DNA of 64,000 nt from NCBI GenBank assembly GCA_963678315.1, contig OY782781.1:256001-320000 (forward strand). Direction: 5' to 3'. Numbering within the stretch: the stretch's first letter is position 1; the number at the start of each line of letters is the position of its first letter. The notes under the pieces were generated by a model. It did no database searches. It saw only the letters and a program-made list of their open reading frames with translations, and was not told the origin of the DNA. Position numbers and translations under genes: made by a program. Below are positions 48,416 to 59,090 of this stretch, one piece after another. This DNA comes from Candidatus Cloacimonadales bacterium. Its GTDB lineage: Bacteria; Cloacimonadota; Cloacimonadia; Cloacimonadales; JAFGVF01.

Positions 48416-50992
48416 TTGCAATCAACTTATAAAAGTAAGCTATATGGAATAATATGTATTGTGGTTCTACTAACAATATTACTTGTTCTAATAGCAGTAA
48501 ATAACTATAGCGTTGGAAGAGATAGTATCATTCATATTTCTTCTATTCTTGCTAACGAGAAGAAAGCACTTTCAGTTAGAGAATCTATCGATAAAAGCAT
48601 TACAGAATTCACTGTACGCAATAGTTCAGAGATTGTCCAACGAGATTTGCGAGAATGTGATGAAAAGCTCAATGAACTTAATTCTTATTCTTCGTCCATA
48701 TCTAAATCAAAGATATACGAATTAAAGAATATTGTTAACAATATCTCTGCTTTAGTTAAAAAGAATACAGAACTTAGAGCTAGTCTTGATAGCCGAAAAA
48801 GTAACATTGATAATATTTATTTAAGTATTCTAGAAAACAATAAATTTGATCATTATAAAGCTTTGATAGCCTTTCACGATTCCCTCAAAATCAGCAATGA
48901 TTTTAATGTTAAAGTTACTAAGACTGATCTAGACAATATTTTTACTCGTTTAAGCCAAAACAATGTTAATGAAGTATATCTAAACCAATATTATGATATT
49001 ACACTTCCTTACATTAATGACCTTTCTCAATTATTAACTAACAAAGAAAAAATAAGAACTTTATTTTTACAGTTTAAGAAAAGTTATAACACTCTTTCTG
49101 AAGATATTTACCATGAAATAGAGTCAAATCTACATAGTGCTATAGAAATTAAGCAAAATAACTTAATATCAAGCATAATGTTTATTATTCTGGCATGGAC
49201 TATTACAATTATAATTCTTGTTTTCTTGATACGTTCAATTTTAAACCCATTATACAAACTTAAAAAAGTCATTAAGAAAGCCCAATTAAGGGATTTTAAT
49301 GACAGATTTTCTAGTAAGTACAAAAATGAGATTTCGAGTATTGGCACATCATTTAATTCTCTGCTTCGTAGTCTTGAAAATTACCAAATAGAAGTAGAAG
49401 AACAAAAAAAGACTCTTGAGAATGCAGTCAAACAAAGAACTATCGAACTAGAAAAACAAACTGAACTAGCTATCGATTCTAGCAAAGCTAAGACTAGTTT
49501 CTTGGCTAAAATGTCTCATGAAATTAGAACCCCATTAAATGGCATTATTTCGACTACTGAGCTACTTTCCGAAACTTCAGTTGATCCCAACCAGAAGGAT
49601 ATTATTAACATCATAAATGCTTCAGGAAAATCTCTTCTAAATATCATTAATGATATTCTTGATTTCTCAAAAATTGAAGCTGGTAAAATGAGCTTAGATT
49701 CTAGACCTTTCTCTCTTAAACAGCTTATTCATAACTCCACTAACCAGTTTAAACAGTTAGCAACTAAGAAAGGAATAAGTATTGATATAGAGCATAAAAA
49801 CCACCTTTATGACTTCTTTAAAGGAGATGATCATAGAATTAAACAAGTTTTGATTAATCTTATTGGTAATGCAATTAAGTTCACTCAAACTGGCCAAGTA
49901 AAAGTTATTACTGAGTACAAAGTTAAAGATAATATTGATTATATTTGCTTTATGGTTTCTGATACAGGTATTGGTGTTGACGATGAACATAAACTTCGCA
50001 TTTTTGAATCCTTCTCACAAGCTGACAATTCAATCTCTAGAAAGTTTGGAGGAACAGGACTCGGTATATCAATTTCTAGTAACATCATCGAGTTAATGAA
50101 TGGTAAACTAAAAGTAGAAAGCCCTAATCCTCTACTTGAAAATAGTCAAGATAAAGGTTCCTTATTTTCTTTTGAAATTGAACTTCAACACCTAGAAGAC
50201 ATTAATATTCTTCATGGGCCAGAAGCTATTAAGATAAGTGATGTAAAACTTATAAGTCTTACAGATAGAAAGTTACTTAATATCATGTCTTTAGCAGAAA
50301 TGCTTAAAATTGAAAATATTGATTTGCCTGATCTTGAATCATTAGTTAATTACCAATACAGCAAATCCCACATAGTTTTGATTGATGAGCATTTTCTAAA
50401 CAAAACTAATTATGATATTATAAACAGAATCATAGATAAGACAAATGGTAGGGTATTTATTGCAGTAGATAAGAATTTTGAATATGATGATGAGAGATTT
50501 AGGCTACTTAAAAAACTAACAATTATCAATTTCAACATCTCTTATTCTGCATTCCTTAATGAACTCGAGGGAATATTCAATAATAAAGTAGACTTAACTA
50601 ATAAACTTAAACTCAAACATTTATCTATTTTAGTTGCTGAAGATAATAAAATTAACCAAAGGGTTGCTAGGAAAATTTTCCAGAGACTTGGTTACTCTAT
50701 TGATATTGCCAATAATGGAGAGGAAGCAGTCAAACTCGCAAAAGAGAATGACTTCAATATCATTTTTATGGATTTACATATGCCTATCATGGACGGTTTT
50801 GAAGCAACATCACGAATCAGGAAATTCGACACAAGAATACCTATAATAGCTATGACTGCTGATGTTCTAGAATCTAGTAAAGAAAAATCTAAAATGATTT
50901 CTATGAATGATTATATTTTAAAACCTATTTCTCCAGATGTTATATCTAAAACCCTTAAAGCCCATATAGATAATTCTCTTTTGAAAGATTAA
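48416..50992 (+). CDS. Hybrid sensor histidine kinase (2 TM, HAMP, HisKA, HATPase, receiver)
   Basis: FLAKMSHEIRTPLNG, NLIGNAIKFT, DTGIG, GGTGLG, AEDN, FMDLHMP.MDG, KP. Confidence 0.93.
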   Translation: MQSTYKSKLYGIICIVVLLTILLVLIAVNNYSVGRDSIIHISSILANEKKALSVRESIDKSITEFTVRNSSEIVQRDLRECDEKLNELNSYSSSISKSKIYELKNIVNNISALVKKNTELRASLDSRKSNIDNIYLSILENNKFDHYKALIAFHDSLKISNDFNVKVTKTDLDNIFTRLSQNNVNEVYLNQYYDITLPYINDLSQLLTNKEKIRTLFLQFKKSYNTLSEDIYHEIESNLHSAIEIKQNNLISSIMFIILAWTITIIILVFLIRSILNPLYKLKKVIKKAQLRDFNDRFSSKYKNEISSIGTSFNSLLRSLENYQIEVEEQKKTLENAVKQRTIELEKQTELAIDSSKAKTSFLAKMSHEIRTPLNGIISTTELLSETSVDPNQKDIINIINASGKSLLNIINDILDFSKIEAGKMSLDSRPFSLKQLIHNSTNQFKQLATKKGISIDIEHKNHLYDFFKGDDHRIKQVLINLIGNAIKFTQTGQVKVITEYKVKDNIDYICFMVSDTGIGVDDEHKLRIFESFSQADNSISRKFGGTGLGISISSNIIELMNGKLKVESPNPLLENSQDKGSLFSFEIELQHLEDINILHGPEAIKISDVKLISLTDRKLLNIMSLAEMLKIENIDLPDLESLVNYQYSKSHIVLIDEHFLNKTNYDIINRIIDKTNGRVFIAVDKNFEYDDERFRLLKKLTIINFNISYSAFLNELEGIFNNKVDLTNKLKLKHLSILVAEDNKINQRVARKIFQRLGYSIDIANNGEEAVKLAKENDFNIIFMDLHMPIMDGFEATSRIRKFDTRIPIIAMTADVLESSKEKSKMISMNDYILKPISPDVISKTLKAHIDNSLLKD

Positions 50993-51026
50993 TTATATGA
51001 AGCCTTTTTCATTGTGATACCTTGAC

Positions 51027-51077
51027 CCTTACTAGTCTCCTTGAAAAAATACCGTTTTTTTAAGGAGGCAAGTAAGG
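51027..51077. repeat. Solo family D long hairpin
   Basis: CCTTACTAGTCTCCTTGAAAAA...TTTTTTAAGGAGGCAAGTAAGG, as at the ends of the composite elements. Confidence 0.8.
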
Positions 51078-51110
51078 CTGGAGTAATGCATTATAAAGGA
51101 TTCTATAAAA

Positions 51111-51486
51111 TACCCTTGAAGGGTAAATTATTCAAAGCCCATGATTTCAATCATGGGATATTATTACCATATACTCTTATAGTCCTGGAGGGACTTTTAG
51201 ATTCAACCCTATATCTCGTAAGTACTTTCAGCACTCCCCCTTAAAATGTTGTGACTTTACCTAGCTTTGAAAAGCTAGGCTTTGGAGAATTAATCCTTTC
51301 AGGATATAATATGTCTAATTTTACCTAGCTAATCATCTTGCTGGAAAGGTTTATGGTCATATTAGCCAGTAACAAGGTGAATATAGATTTCATTTGCTTC
51401 ATTTTCAATTGAGGCTAGCATTCGATAAATTAAAAAAAATACCCTGAAAGGGTAAATTATTCAATCCCATGATTTCAATCATGGGA
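51111..51486. repeat. REP/REPIN-like family E double-hairpin units
   Basis: TACCC(T)TGAAAGGGTA...CCCATGATTTCAATCATGGG at 51111-51158 and 51440-51486; diverged inverted copy at 51260-51305. Confidence 0.7.
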
Positions 51487-51532
51487 TTCAGATAGAACTA
51501 AGTTCATGCTTACACAAGTTGTTTAAGTTCTT

Positions 51533-51630
51533 TTCGTAGCCAAGGATGGCTACAATCCAAAACCCTTCGTAGCCAGGGATGGCTACAATCCAAAACCCTT
51601 CGTAGCCAAGGATTGTGACTAACGAAGACT
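51533..51630 (+). repeat. 33-bp tandem array of family B units
   Basis: TTCGTAGCCA(A/G)GGATGGCTACAATCCAAAACCC starting at 51533 and 51566; degenerate long unit at 51599. Confidence 0.85.
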
Positions 51631-51742
51631 ATTCCTTCAACCAACATATAGTTTGAAATCAATTCTAAGAGGTCAAAAGCACTCCTTTTAGAGCACTAAA
51701 TTATAATTCTATAATATAAGCTCATATACCATTTATAGAGAA

Positions 51743-51767
51743 AACAACAGCCTATTTACTAATTATA
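51743..51767 (-). terminator. Terminator after the CTD protein gene
   Basis: AAGACGCCT-GTAA-AGGCGTCTT with A-tract on + strand. Confidence 0.65.
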
Positions 51768-51855
51768 TATATTAGGAGATAGATAATAATTAGCAAAAAA
51801 GAAAAAGACGCCTGTAAAGGCGTCTTAATATTTTAATTTTTAACGAAATAACTAA

Positions 51856-54132
51856 TTATTTCATTAATACCATTTTCTTCATTTCACTTCTTCCACCATT
51901 TTCAACTTTGTAGAAGTAAACACCTGAAGCAACATTGTTACCGCTATTATCAACACCATTCCAAACTACAGTGTGTCCACCAGCGTTTTGGTCAGCGTTA
52001 ACAAGAGTTTTAACTAATTGACCTTTAACGTTGTAAACATTAAGTTTAACTTCACCATTTTTAACTACATTGTAAGCAATAGTAGTTTCAGGGTTGAATG
52101 GGTTAGGATAGTTTTGGTTTAACATTGATGTAGCAACTTCAACATCAGAAGAAGTTACAGGAGTACCTGTTGCAGGTGGGAAAGTAATATCAATTGCGAA
52201 GTATTTTTGTTGTCCACCAGTTTCTTGACCGATAGTTTGTACAGAAGAACCGTAAGTATCATCATCTAAATAGAACATGTAAAGACGGCCTAATTTAGTA
52301 CCAGCTTCAGTATCTTCAGAGATGAAGTCAATTTTGTTACTTGGGTAAGGGAACTCAGGAATTTCAGCATTTGCAGCTAATTCAGGAGTATCTACACCAT
52401 TCATAACGATAGGTTCTGACCAAGATACACCATTATCTTGTGAAACAGAGATAACTATATCACACATTTGAGCATAATCTGCATATTCTGGATAATCATC
52501 TGGATAGTTGTTATATAATCTAGCTTTTTCAGAATCTTGCCATACCATAGCCATCATACCTTGTTCATTAGCTTCAGTAATGTGAGCAGTATGTAAATGG
52601 AACATCATAGCATTATCTGCTGCAGCTGAATCCCAATACATGTAAGGCCAGATTGAAGCAACAATAGGTCTTCCCCAGTAATCAGTATCTTCAGCAGTTA
52701 CACCATCATCAACACCATCATAAGAACCATCATCAAGAACTTCATCAACAGCACCATCACCATCTTGGTCCCACCATTTCCAGATTGTTGGATTAGCGTA
52801 AGAACCAGTAGTATTGCTTGTAAAGTTCATTGGGTTAAAACCAGCTGAAGGGTATACATCAACTATGTTGAAATAATGAGTATTTGTATCGAATGAAAGA
52901 TCTTTTACAACATGAAGCCCAGGATAGTAAGTAGCTTCATTTGTTTCGATAGTATAGAATAAAGGCATATGGATTTTGCCCATAGCATCAATAGAAACAT
53001 TAAAATGTCCTGATTGACCTACACCTAGAGTTAATTCACCTTCAGTATAAGGTTCATCATTTTCGTCTAAGAAGTAGTAATTAGCAGGAACTAAATCTTC
53101 ACCAGTAGTTGGATCAACGTATGCAGGGTTTTCAATTTCCATTTCAGGGTGGATTGAATGATGTACCCATGTACCTTCACCATAGTTATCACATTCGAAA
53201 ATGTCAAGAGTTGGTTCATCAATAGTTTCACCATCTTCTGAATCAGTGTAAGCTAAGTGGTAACCAACATAATAAATTTTGTCTTCATAAGCTTTGAAAG
53301 CCATGAAAGGACGTCTCCATTCAACAGGAGAAACATTCCATTCGTCTAAAGTAGGGATAGTAGTTGAACCCCAACCAGTAGCATCAATAGCCCAACTTTC
53401 TAATTCCATTTCAGAAACGTCTTTGTAAACAACATAAACGTTTTCAGAAACAGCACCACCGTTTGTTGTAGCATTTTTAGCCATAACATAAACACGATAG
53501 TAACCTTCACCCATTGGAGAATCAGCTAATTGAACTGAAGGCCAGATGAATTCGTTAGTTTCAACAGTTTCACCATTAACTTCTACTGAAGCAGGGTTGT
53601 CTAAAATTTGGAGTAAGTCAGAGTGCATTTCGATAACAGAACCGCCGATAACAGCGTCGTATCCGAAACCAACTTCTAAATCACTATCAGCATCTAAATT
53701 CACATGATAAGCAAACACAGGTTTACCTTGAGGGGTTACAGCAACGCCAGGGTAACCTTCCCAAATATCATTTGTTCCGAAAGCGATATTTGAAACTACA
53801 TTACCTGTAGCATCAACGAAAGCTTTATAAACACGTCTGTTTGAGCTAGCAGTAGCTTTAGTGTGGTAAACAATCCAGTTACCGTTTAAAGCACCTTCAA
53901 CTCTTTGCATTGGTGAGCCTGTGTATGAACCTGGAAAATAATCATAAAAGTTATCGATTATTGTAACAGGGTTAGTAAAAAATTCGTATGCCGGAGCATC
54001 ACGTGTTACGCTAGCGTAAGGTACAGTGTCTTTAACGCCTAATTCAATAGGTGTTCTAGGATCTTGAACGTTAGCAAATACAGTAGTTGTAAGAACGGCT
54101 AATACAGCCATAACAAGAAACAATCGTTTCAT
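51856..54132 (-). CDS. Secreted acidic protein with FlgD-type CTD, function unknown
   Basis: Signal peptide, Asp-box-like SQDNGVSWS, NYPNPFNPETTI...KKMVLMK; ATG at 54132 after GGGAGG. Confidence 0.8.
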   Translation of the reverse strand: MKRLFLVMAVLAVLTTTVFANVQDPRTPIELGVKDTVPYASVTRDAPAYEFFTNPVTIIDNFYDYFPGSYTGSPMQRVEGALNGNWIVYHTKATASSNRRVYKAFVDATGNVVSNIAFGTNDIWEGYPGVAVTPQGKPVFAYHVNLDADSDLEVGFGYDAVIGGSVIEMHSDLLQILDNPASVEVNGETVETNEFIWPSVQLADSPMGEGYYRVYVMAKNATTNGGAVSENVYVVYKDVSEMELESWAIDATGWGSTTIPTLDEWNVSPVEWRRPFMAFKAYEDKIYYVGYHLAYTDSEDGETIDEPTLDIFECDNYGEGTWVHHSIHPEMEIENPAYVDPTTGEDLVPANYYFLDENDEPYTEGELTLGVGQSGHFNVSIDAMGKIHMPLFYTIETNEATYYPGLHVVKDLSFDTNTHYFNIVDVYPSAGFNPMNFTSNTTGSYANPTIWKWWDQDGDGAVDEVLDDGSYDGVDDGVTAEDTDYWGRPIVASIWPYMYWDSAAADNAMMFHLHTAHITEANEQGMMAMVWQDSEKARLYNNYPDDYPEYADYAQMCDIVISVSQDNGVSWSEPIVMNGVDTPELAANAEIPEFPYPSNKIDFISEDTEAGTKLGRLYMFYLDDDTYGSSVQTIGQETGGQQKYFAIDITFPPATGTPVTSSDVEVATSMLNQNYPNPFNPETTIAYNVVKNGEVKLNVYNVKGQLVKTLVNADQNAGGHTVVWNGVDNSGNNVASGVYFYKVENGGRSEMKKMVLMK

Positions 54133-54196
54133 GTGCATTCCTCCCATCTTTTTAGTTATAAATTAGTTATTTTGCAAAGAATTGCAAATTATTTAT

Positions 54197-54226
54197 AAAA
54201 GTCTAGTACCCAAAGGTACTAGACTT
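54197..54226 (-). terminator. Hairpin/terminator between PorV-like gene and downstream CTD gene
   Basis: AAGTCTAGTACC-CAAA-GGTACTAGACTT. Confidence 0.6.
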
Positions 54227-54233
54227 AAATCTT

Positions 54234-55256
54234 TTAGTATTCCATTTTTAATGAAAATCTGTGTACACCAGAAACAAAATCTTCTTCAAGGTCACCCATA
54301 TTAGTATAAGAATAATCTACACCAAATACAGCGATACTTGTAGGAATTTTGAATCCTGTACCAAAGCTATAACTTGCTTCGTCATAACCTATTTGATAAC
54401 CGCCTCTAATAGCGAAGAAGTTATATTTATATTCTGTACCAATGTTCCAAGTTTCTCTTCTATCAACAGTATTATCTAATTGACCAGAAACAATCCAAGT
54501 TTGATTATCATCTCTAATGATATCCATAGCTAGACCAAGAGAGTAGTTCATTGGAATTTTAAAACCTAATTCTTCATCATCTTCATCAATAAGTCCATCA
54601 CCATCGTTATCTAATAAGTCAAATGGATCTTCATCAGTCTCACCATCATCATCATTATCTAATTCATAAATAACGTCTGGACCAAAGTTCTTAAGAGTCA
54701 TACCAATTGTTAAGTTTTTCCATTGAGTATTGTATAAAGAACCAATATCTAATGCATAAGAATCAACTGAATAATCCCATAAGTTTTCACGTAAATATTT
54801 ACCTGTAATACCGAATGAGAACTTGTCAGTAAACGCATTTGAATATGTTAAACCAACCATGATATCACTTGCAGTGAAGGTTCTACCTGTAGGACCGAAT
54901 GTTTCTTCGTCCATTTCATCCATATCATCCATGTGAAGTACAGAAGTACTTAATGCAATAGATTGGATACCATCTGTAAAAGAAACTGCAGCAAATTCAT
55001 GTTGAATGTCAGCTACCCAGTTAGTATGTGAAAAGAACGCTTGGTGTTTTAGCTTATTTGATAATCCAGCTGGATTCCAATATACTGAAGATATGTCATC
55101 AGTAACAGCAACATAAGCTTCACCCATACCAGTTGCTCTAGCATCAATACCTAATTTTAAGAATTGAAGAGCAGCTGTACCTGTTTTAGCGAATATTTCA
55201 CCAAACATCATTACAGGAATTAGAACGATTAATGATATAATAATAATTTTTTTCAT
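54234..55256 (-). CDS. PorV-family outer-membrane beta-barrel with acidic loop insertion
   Basis: FLKLGIDARATGMGEA...DISSVYWNPAGL, HRFSL C-terminus. Confidence 0.85.
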   Translation of the reverse strand: MKKIIIISLIVLIPVMMFGEIFAKTGTAALQFLKLGIDARATGMGEAYVAVTDDISSVYWNPAGLSNKLKHQAFFSHTNWVADIQHEFAAVSFTDGIQSIALSTSVLHMDDMDEMDEETFGPTGRTFTASDIMVGLTYSNAFTDKFSFGITGKYLRENLWDYSVDSYALDIGSLYNTQWKNLTIGMTLKNFGPDVIYELDNDDDGETDEDPFDLLDNDGDGLIDEDDEELGFKIPMNYSLGLAMDIIRDDNQTWIVSGQLDNTVDRRETWNIGTEYKYNFFAIRGGYQIGYDEASYSFGTGFKIPTSIAVFGVDYSYTNMGDLEEDFVSGVHRFSLKMEY

Positions 55257-55270
55257 CTCTTCAATTCCCC

Positions 55271-58200
55271 CTATTTAATTAAGACAAACTTGCCAACGTG
55301 AACATCACCAGAAGCTTTATCTTTTACTGAGAATAGATAAACACCAGGAGCAATGATTTGATTGTTTTTAGAAAGAAGATTCCAAGCATGAATACTTTCA
55401 GTTGTAGTACCAACGCTAGCAGCTTTACTTACAGTAATAACATCTTCTTGATAAGCACCTTCATGATCGAATTCATCAACTAGGTCACCAGCAAGAGTAT
55501 AAATCTTAACTTTAGCTCTACTAGGTAAATTAACAAACCAGATTCTCTTACTCTTATCACCTTTTTCATCACTTTCCCTTCTACCATCAAAGTCTGATCT
55601 ACCAATATATGGATTAGGAACTACGTAAACTTCAGATCCATCGAAATCAGCTCTATTTGGAGCAGGGAAGAATACTTTCATATTAGCATCAGCATCTCTA
55701 CCTGTTTCTAGGAATGAAAGTTTTTGAGAAGGCATACCACGATCAAATGCAGTAACTGCAACATAAGTCTCAACACCTTTACGAGGTACATTAACTGTAT
55801 GGTGATAGAATCTTCTTGATAATCTTAAGTTAGAAAGTTCTTCAAGCATTTCATCATTTCCAGCAGCTGATTGACCGCCAAAACCACTAAGTGGGATTAA
55901 CTTTTCTTCATATAAAGCTTTGAAAATAGATTCATACTTTTCATAAGTTAAACCTTCAGGACAGTTATCTTCGCTTCTTGCAAATAACTTGAAAGCTACA
56001 TCAGCTTTAAGATCATCAGGAATCATTGTAGAACCAGTAACAGATCCTAGCAATTGGTCAGCTTCAGCTTGAAGTTCAGATAAAGAAGGTAAGTCATATT
56101 TATAAAGTTGTAAACCATAGATAGTTTCACCAACTTCAATATTCCTAAATCTATAATATTCATTAAATGTTATGTAGTGAGTATCTTCTTCAGTTGCTGT
56201 TCTTTCGTTTGGTAGACCAGTATCAATAGCAGTATATCCACCGTAATCTTTATATACTTCACCACCCTCTAAAGTAGTAGTGTTTTCATTCACATTATAA
56301 TCATCTTCGTCTTGTTCTGTTTCAACCTTACCCCACATATCAACTAATGACCAATCTTCTTGAGAACCAGAACCGGATCTAATCCAAACTCTATATCCTT
56401 GGAAGTCATGTCTTAATCTGTATGCAGTAACAGGATTTACATGATAAGTATCTTGATCATATACTTCTGAAGGAACAAGATTGTCTAAATCACCATAGAT
56501 TTCAGACCATTGATCCCAATTATCGACATATGAATCAACACCGTCATTAACATCTTGCCATCCAACTAAACTCTTATCAACATTATCAATGTCATAAGAA
56601 TAGATTGATCTGTTATCCCAATAGTATTCTATTTGGTTACCATCTTCAGTAACTTCAGCATATAAACCAGGAATTTCAGGAGGTGTTGGAGGAGAATAAT
56701 GTTTTACTGTATCAGGTAAAACAACATTTGTTAATGATTGACCATCTTTATAAATACGTTTAGCCCAACTAGCAGAAGCTTTTAATTCTTCTAAGTTATC
56801 ACCAGGGAAAATAGCGATAACGATTTTCATAGTTTTCTTAGGAGCTAAGTTCCATATTTTTTCTTCATCAGAAGAATCTGGGAAACCACTAAAAGCAAAT
56901 AGATATCTAGTATCGTTTTCATCTTCTTGGATGAAATGATCTTGGTTAGCGCTTCTTAAAGAAGTATATTTATCTGAATCTGGGTTTTCACCTTTTAATA
57001 AATAATATTTTTCATTATTTGTTTTACGATTACCTGTGTTTAATGATCTAGGATCTTCATCATAAGGACCATCACCAACTTCCCAATACCAACATGAATA
57101 ATTCAAATCTGCTGGATCTGGGATTGGAGAACAAACACGTGAACCAACAAGACCTGTTGTTAAGCCACCGTCACCATCTGCATCTTTTGTATATGCAAAC
57201 TCATAGTTTTCACCTTTTTGGTAACCAGATTTATCATCAGATGCTTTTTCTGAATCCCAAGATTGTGGTCCTACATCAGAGTCCATGTAGATACCCATAG
57301 CACAATTAAATAAAGTATCAGCTTCATTCATGTTAGTGATATTGAATTCTACATAAACTAAGTTTTTAATATATTCATAAGACCATTGATAACTCATTTG
57401 TCTAACACGAATATTCAATGGATAGTGTTCACTATTTGATTTAGATCCACCCCAGTCTCTTTGGCCTTCATAACCGAAAGGACTATAGTCATAATAATAT
57501 GATATAAAGTCTTGCTCTGAAACAGGAGCACCATCTTCATCGACTCTACCATCACCATCATCATCATAAGGTGTAGCAAAATTAAAATAGCCGTTTTCAT
57601 CAGTTACCCCTAAATCCATGAAACCTAGAGGGAACCAAATTGAATTATTAGCAGGATCTAAAATAGTTGCAATATCAGCTGCATCCATTTCATCCATATA
57701 TAAGCCAGAAAGACTAGCAAAGTTTTCAGGTAATTCATTACCTTCTACAACGGTACGCATTGGGAAAGTATAACCAACAAAGTCTTCATCAACTCTACCA
57801 TCACCATCATCATCTACACCTCTTTTTTGATCACGTGTAGAAGCTGTGATAATATGGTCATCAGCATTGTATGAGCCAAAGAAAGTTTCAACAGCTTGGT
57901 TATTATTTTCTAATGGGTTGTATGCAGGTAAGAATTCATATAAATCTGCATCTCCATCAAAACCAACAGTAACAAGTGTATCATAAACAATACCTGCACC
58001 ATTGTAATCAGCAGGAAGTTCTGATTCTGCATAAACTTCATCATTATCCGCTGAAATTTGATTAGCTTGCCAGAAAAGTCTTTCTCCAGCAGCATTTCTT
58101 CTATATTTTACTGCTCCAAACCATAGAGCACCTTGGTATAAATAATCGATACCACTACCACCTGGATATTCCAAAGATGGATATTGTGGAGAAATATCAT

Positions 58201-58381
58201 CACCAGAACCAAAGAAACCATAGTTACTAACACGTAACCAAATATTTCCCACATTGTGATATTTCGTAAGGTCAAATTGTTTTGTTGGAACATCATTTGT
58301 AGCCTTACGAGCACTTAAAAATGTAGTGCAACATATTAATAAAGCTAATACTGGAATCAGCCTTCGGGAAATCAATCTCAT
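55271..58381 (-). CDS. Large secreted acidic protein with divergent CTD (TBDT/PorV-associated)
   Basis: Signal peptide; HNVGNIWL.VSNYG, LEYPGGSG..YLYQGALWFG; CTD VVPNPY...FVNLP..KIYTLAGDLV...GVYLF...GKFVLIK. Confidence 0.8.
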   Translation of the reverse strand: MRLISRRLIPVLALLICCTTFLSARKATNDVPTKQFDLTKYHNVGNIWLRVSNYGFFGSGDDISPQYPSLEYPGGSGIDYLYQGALWFGAVKYRRNAAGERLFWQANQISADNDEVYAESELPADYNGAGIVYDTLVTVGFDGDADLYEFLPAYNPLENNNQAVETFFGSYNADDHIITASTRDQKRGVDDDGDGRVDEDFVGYTFPMRTVVEGNELPENFASLSGLYMDEMDAADIATILDPANNSIWFPLGFMDLGVTDENGYFNFATPYDDDGDGRVDEDGAPVSEQDFISYYYDYSPFGYEGQRDWGGSKSNSEHYPLNIRVRQMSYQWSYEYIKNLVYVEFNITNMNEADTLFNCAMGIYMDSDVGPQSWDSEKASDDKSGYQKGENYEFAYTKDADGDGGLTTGLVGSRVCSPIPDPADLNYSCWYWEVGDGPYDEDPRSLNTGNRKTNNEKYYLLKGENPDSDKYTSLRSANQDHFIQEDENDTRYLFAFSGFPDSSDEEKIWNLAPKKTMKIVIAIFPGDNLEELKASASWAKRIYKDGQSLTNVVLPDTVKHYSPPTPPEIPGLYAEVTEDGNQIEYYWDNRSIYSYDIDNVDKSLVGWQDVNDGVDSYVDNWDQWSEIYGDLDNLVPSEVYDQDTYHVNPVTAYRLRHDFQGYRVWIRSGSGSQEDWSLVDMWGKVETEQDEDDYNVNENTTTLEGGEVYKDYGGYTAIDTGLPNERTATEEDTHYITFNEYYRFRNIEVGETIYGLQLYKYDLPSLSELQAEADQLLGSVTGSTMIPDDLKADVAFKLFARSEDNCPEGLTYEKYESIFKALYEEKLIPLSGFGGQSAAGNDEMLEELSNLRLSRRFYHHTVNVPRKGVETYVAVTAFDRGMPSQKLSFLETGRDADANMKVFFPAPNRADFDGSEVYVVPNPYIGRSDFDGRRESDEKGDKSKRIWFVNLPSRAKVKIYTLAGDLVDEFDHEGAYQEDVITVSKAASVGTTTESIHAWNLLSKNNQIIAPGVYLFSVKDKASGDVHVGKFVLIK

Positions 58382-58399
58382 CTATTATCCTCCAGTCTA

Positions 58400-59089
58400 T
58401 TAATTTTCTTCTAATTCAAGATTTAATGGAACCTTAACCCAACATGCAATCGGTTGTCCACCAGATTTTGCAGGTTTGAAAGTCCACTGCCACATAGCAT
58501 CTACAGCTGCATCATCAAGTCCACCAGGAAGATCTTGGAGAGACTTAACAACTTTAACATTACCAACTGTTCCATCAGTACGAACCCAAACTTCTAATAT
58601 TAATAAACCTTGTACATTTTGAGATTTAGCAATATCAGGAAAGATTGGTTTCACTCTTTTAATAGGAACAGGCATTTCTGCATAAGTTACAAATGGAGTA
58701 TTTGTACTCGCATCATCAACATTAGAGAAAGATACACCATCAAAACCTAGTTCATCAGAAGATTTGATTGTAGTAGCTTTATCAGCTTGTTCAAATTCTT
58801 CGATATCCATACCTTCAATATCTAGATCAATGTCTTCAGTTTCTGTAACTTGATCTTCAATGATATCTTCTTCAGGTTCCTCTTCAATGATTTCTTCCTC
58901 TTCATCTTGTGGCATTTCAAATTCTATATGTTCAGAAACTTGACTTGATTCATCTAATTCATCTTCATTAGCTTTTGCTTCAAAACGAGGCATCATGAGT
59001 AATAAGAACATTACAATAATAACAGATGCAGCCATCCCTTTTACAAGGAAACCATTAGCTTCATTTTTCCAATCTGTAAATTTTGCCAT
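58400..59089 (-). CDS. tonB: TonB-family energy transducer
   Basis: N-terminal TM, acidic linker, C-terminal P.FPD.A...QG.....VWV..DG.V...W.FKPA domain; ATG at 59089. Confidence 0.85.
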   Translation of the reverse strand: MAKFTDWKNEANGFLVKGMAASVIIVMFLLLMMPRFEAKANEDELDESSQVSEHIEFEMPQDEEEEIIEEEPEEDIIEDQVTETEDIDLDIEGMDIEEFEQADKATTIKSSDELGFDGVSFSNVDDASTNTPFVTYAEMPVPIKRVKPIFPDIAKSQNVQGLLILEVWVRTDGTVGNVKVVKSLQDLPGGLDDAAVDAMWQWTFKPAKSGGQPIACWVKVPLNLELEEN

Positions 59090-59090
59090 A

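Noticed and set aside
51041..51244. 67-aa ORF
   Set aside because: Reads through repeat families D and E, TTG start inside a hairpin, no RBS or recognisable motif
51533..51630. Palindromic direct repeats resembling a mini CRISPR array
   Set aside because: Units are contiguous 33-bp tandem copies with identical short linkers, no unique spacers and no cas genes; they belong to dispersed repeat family B
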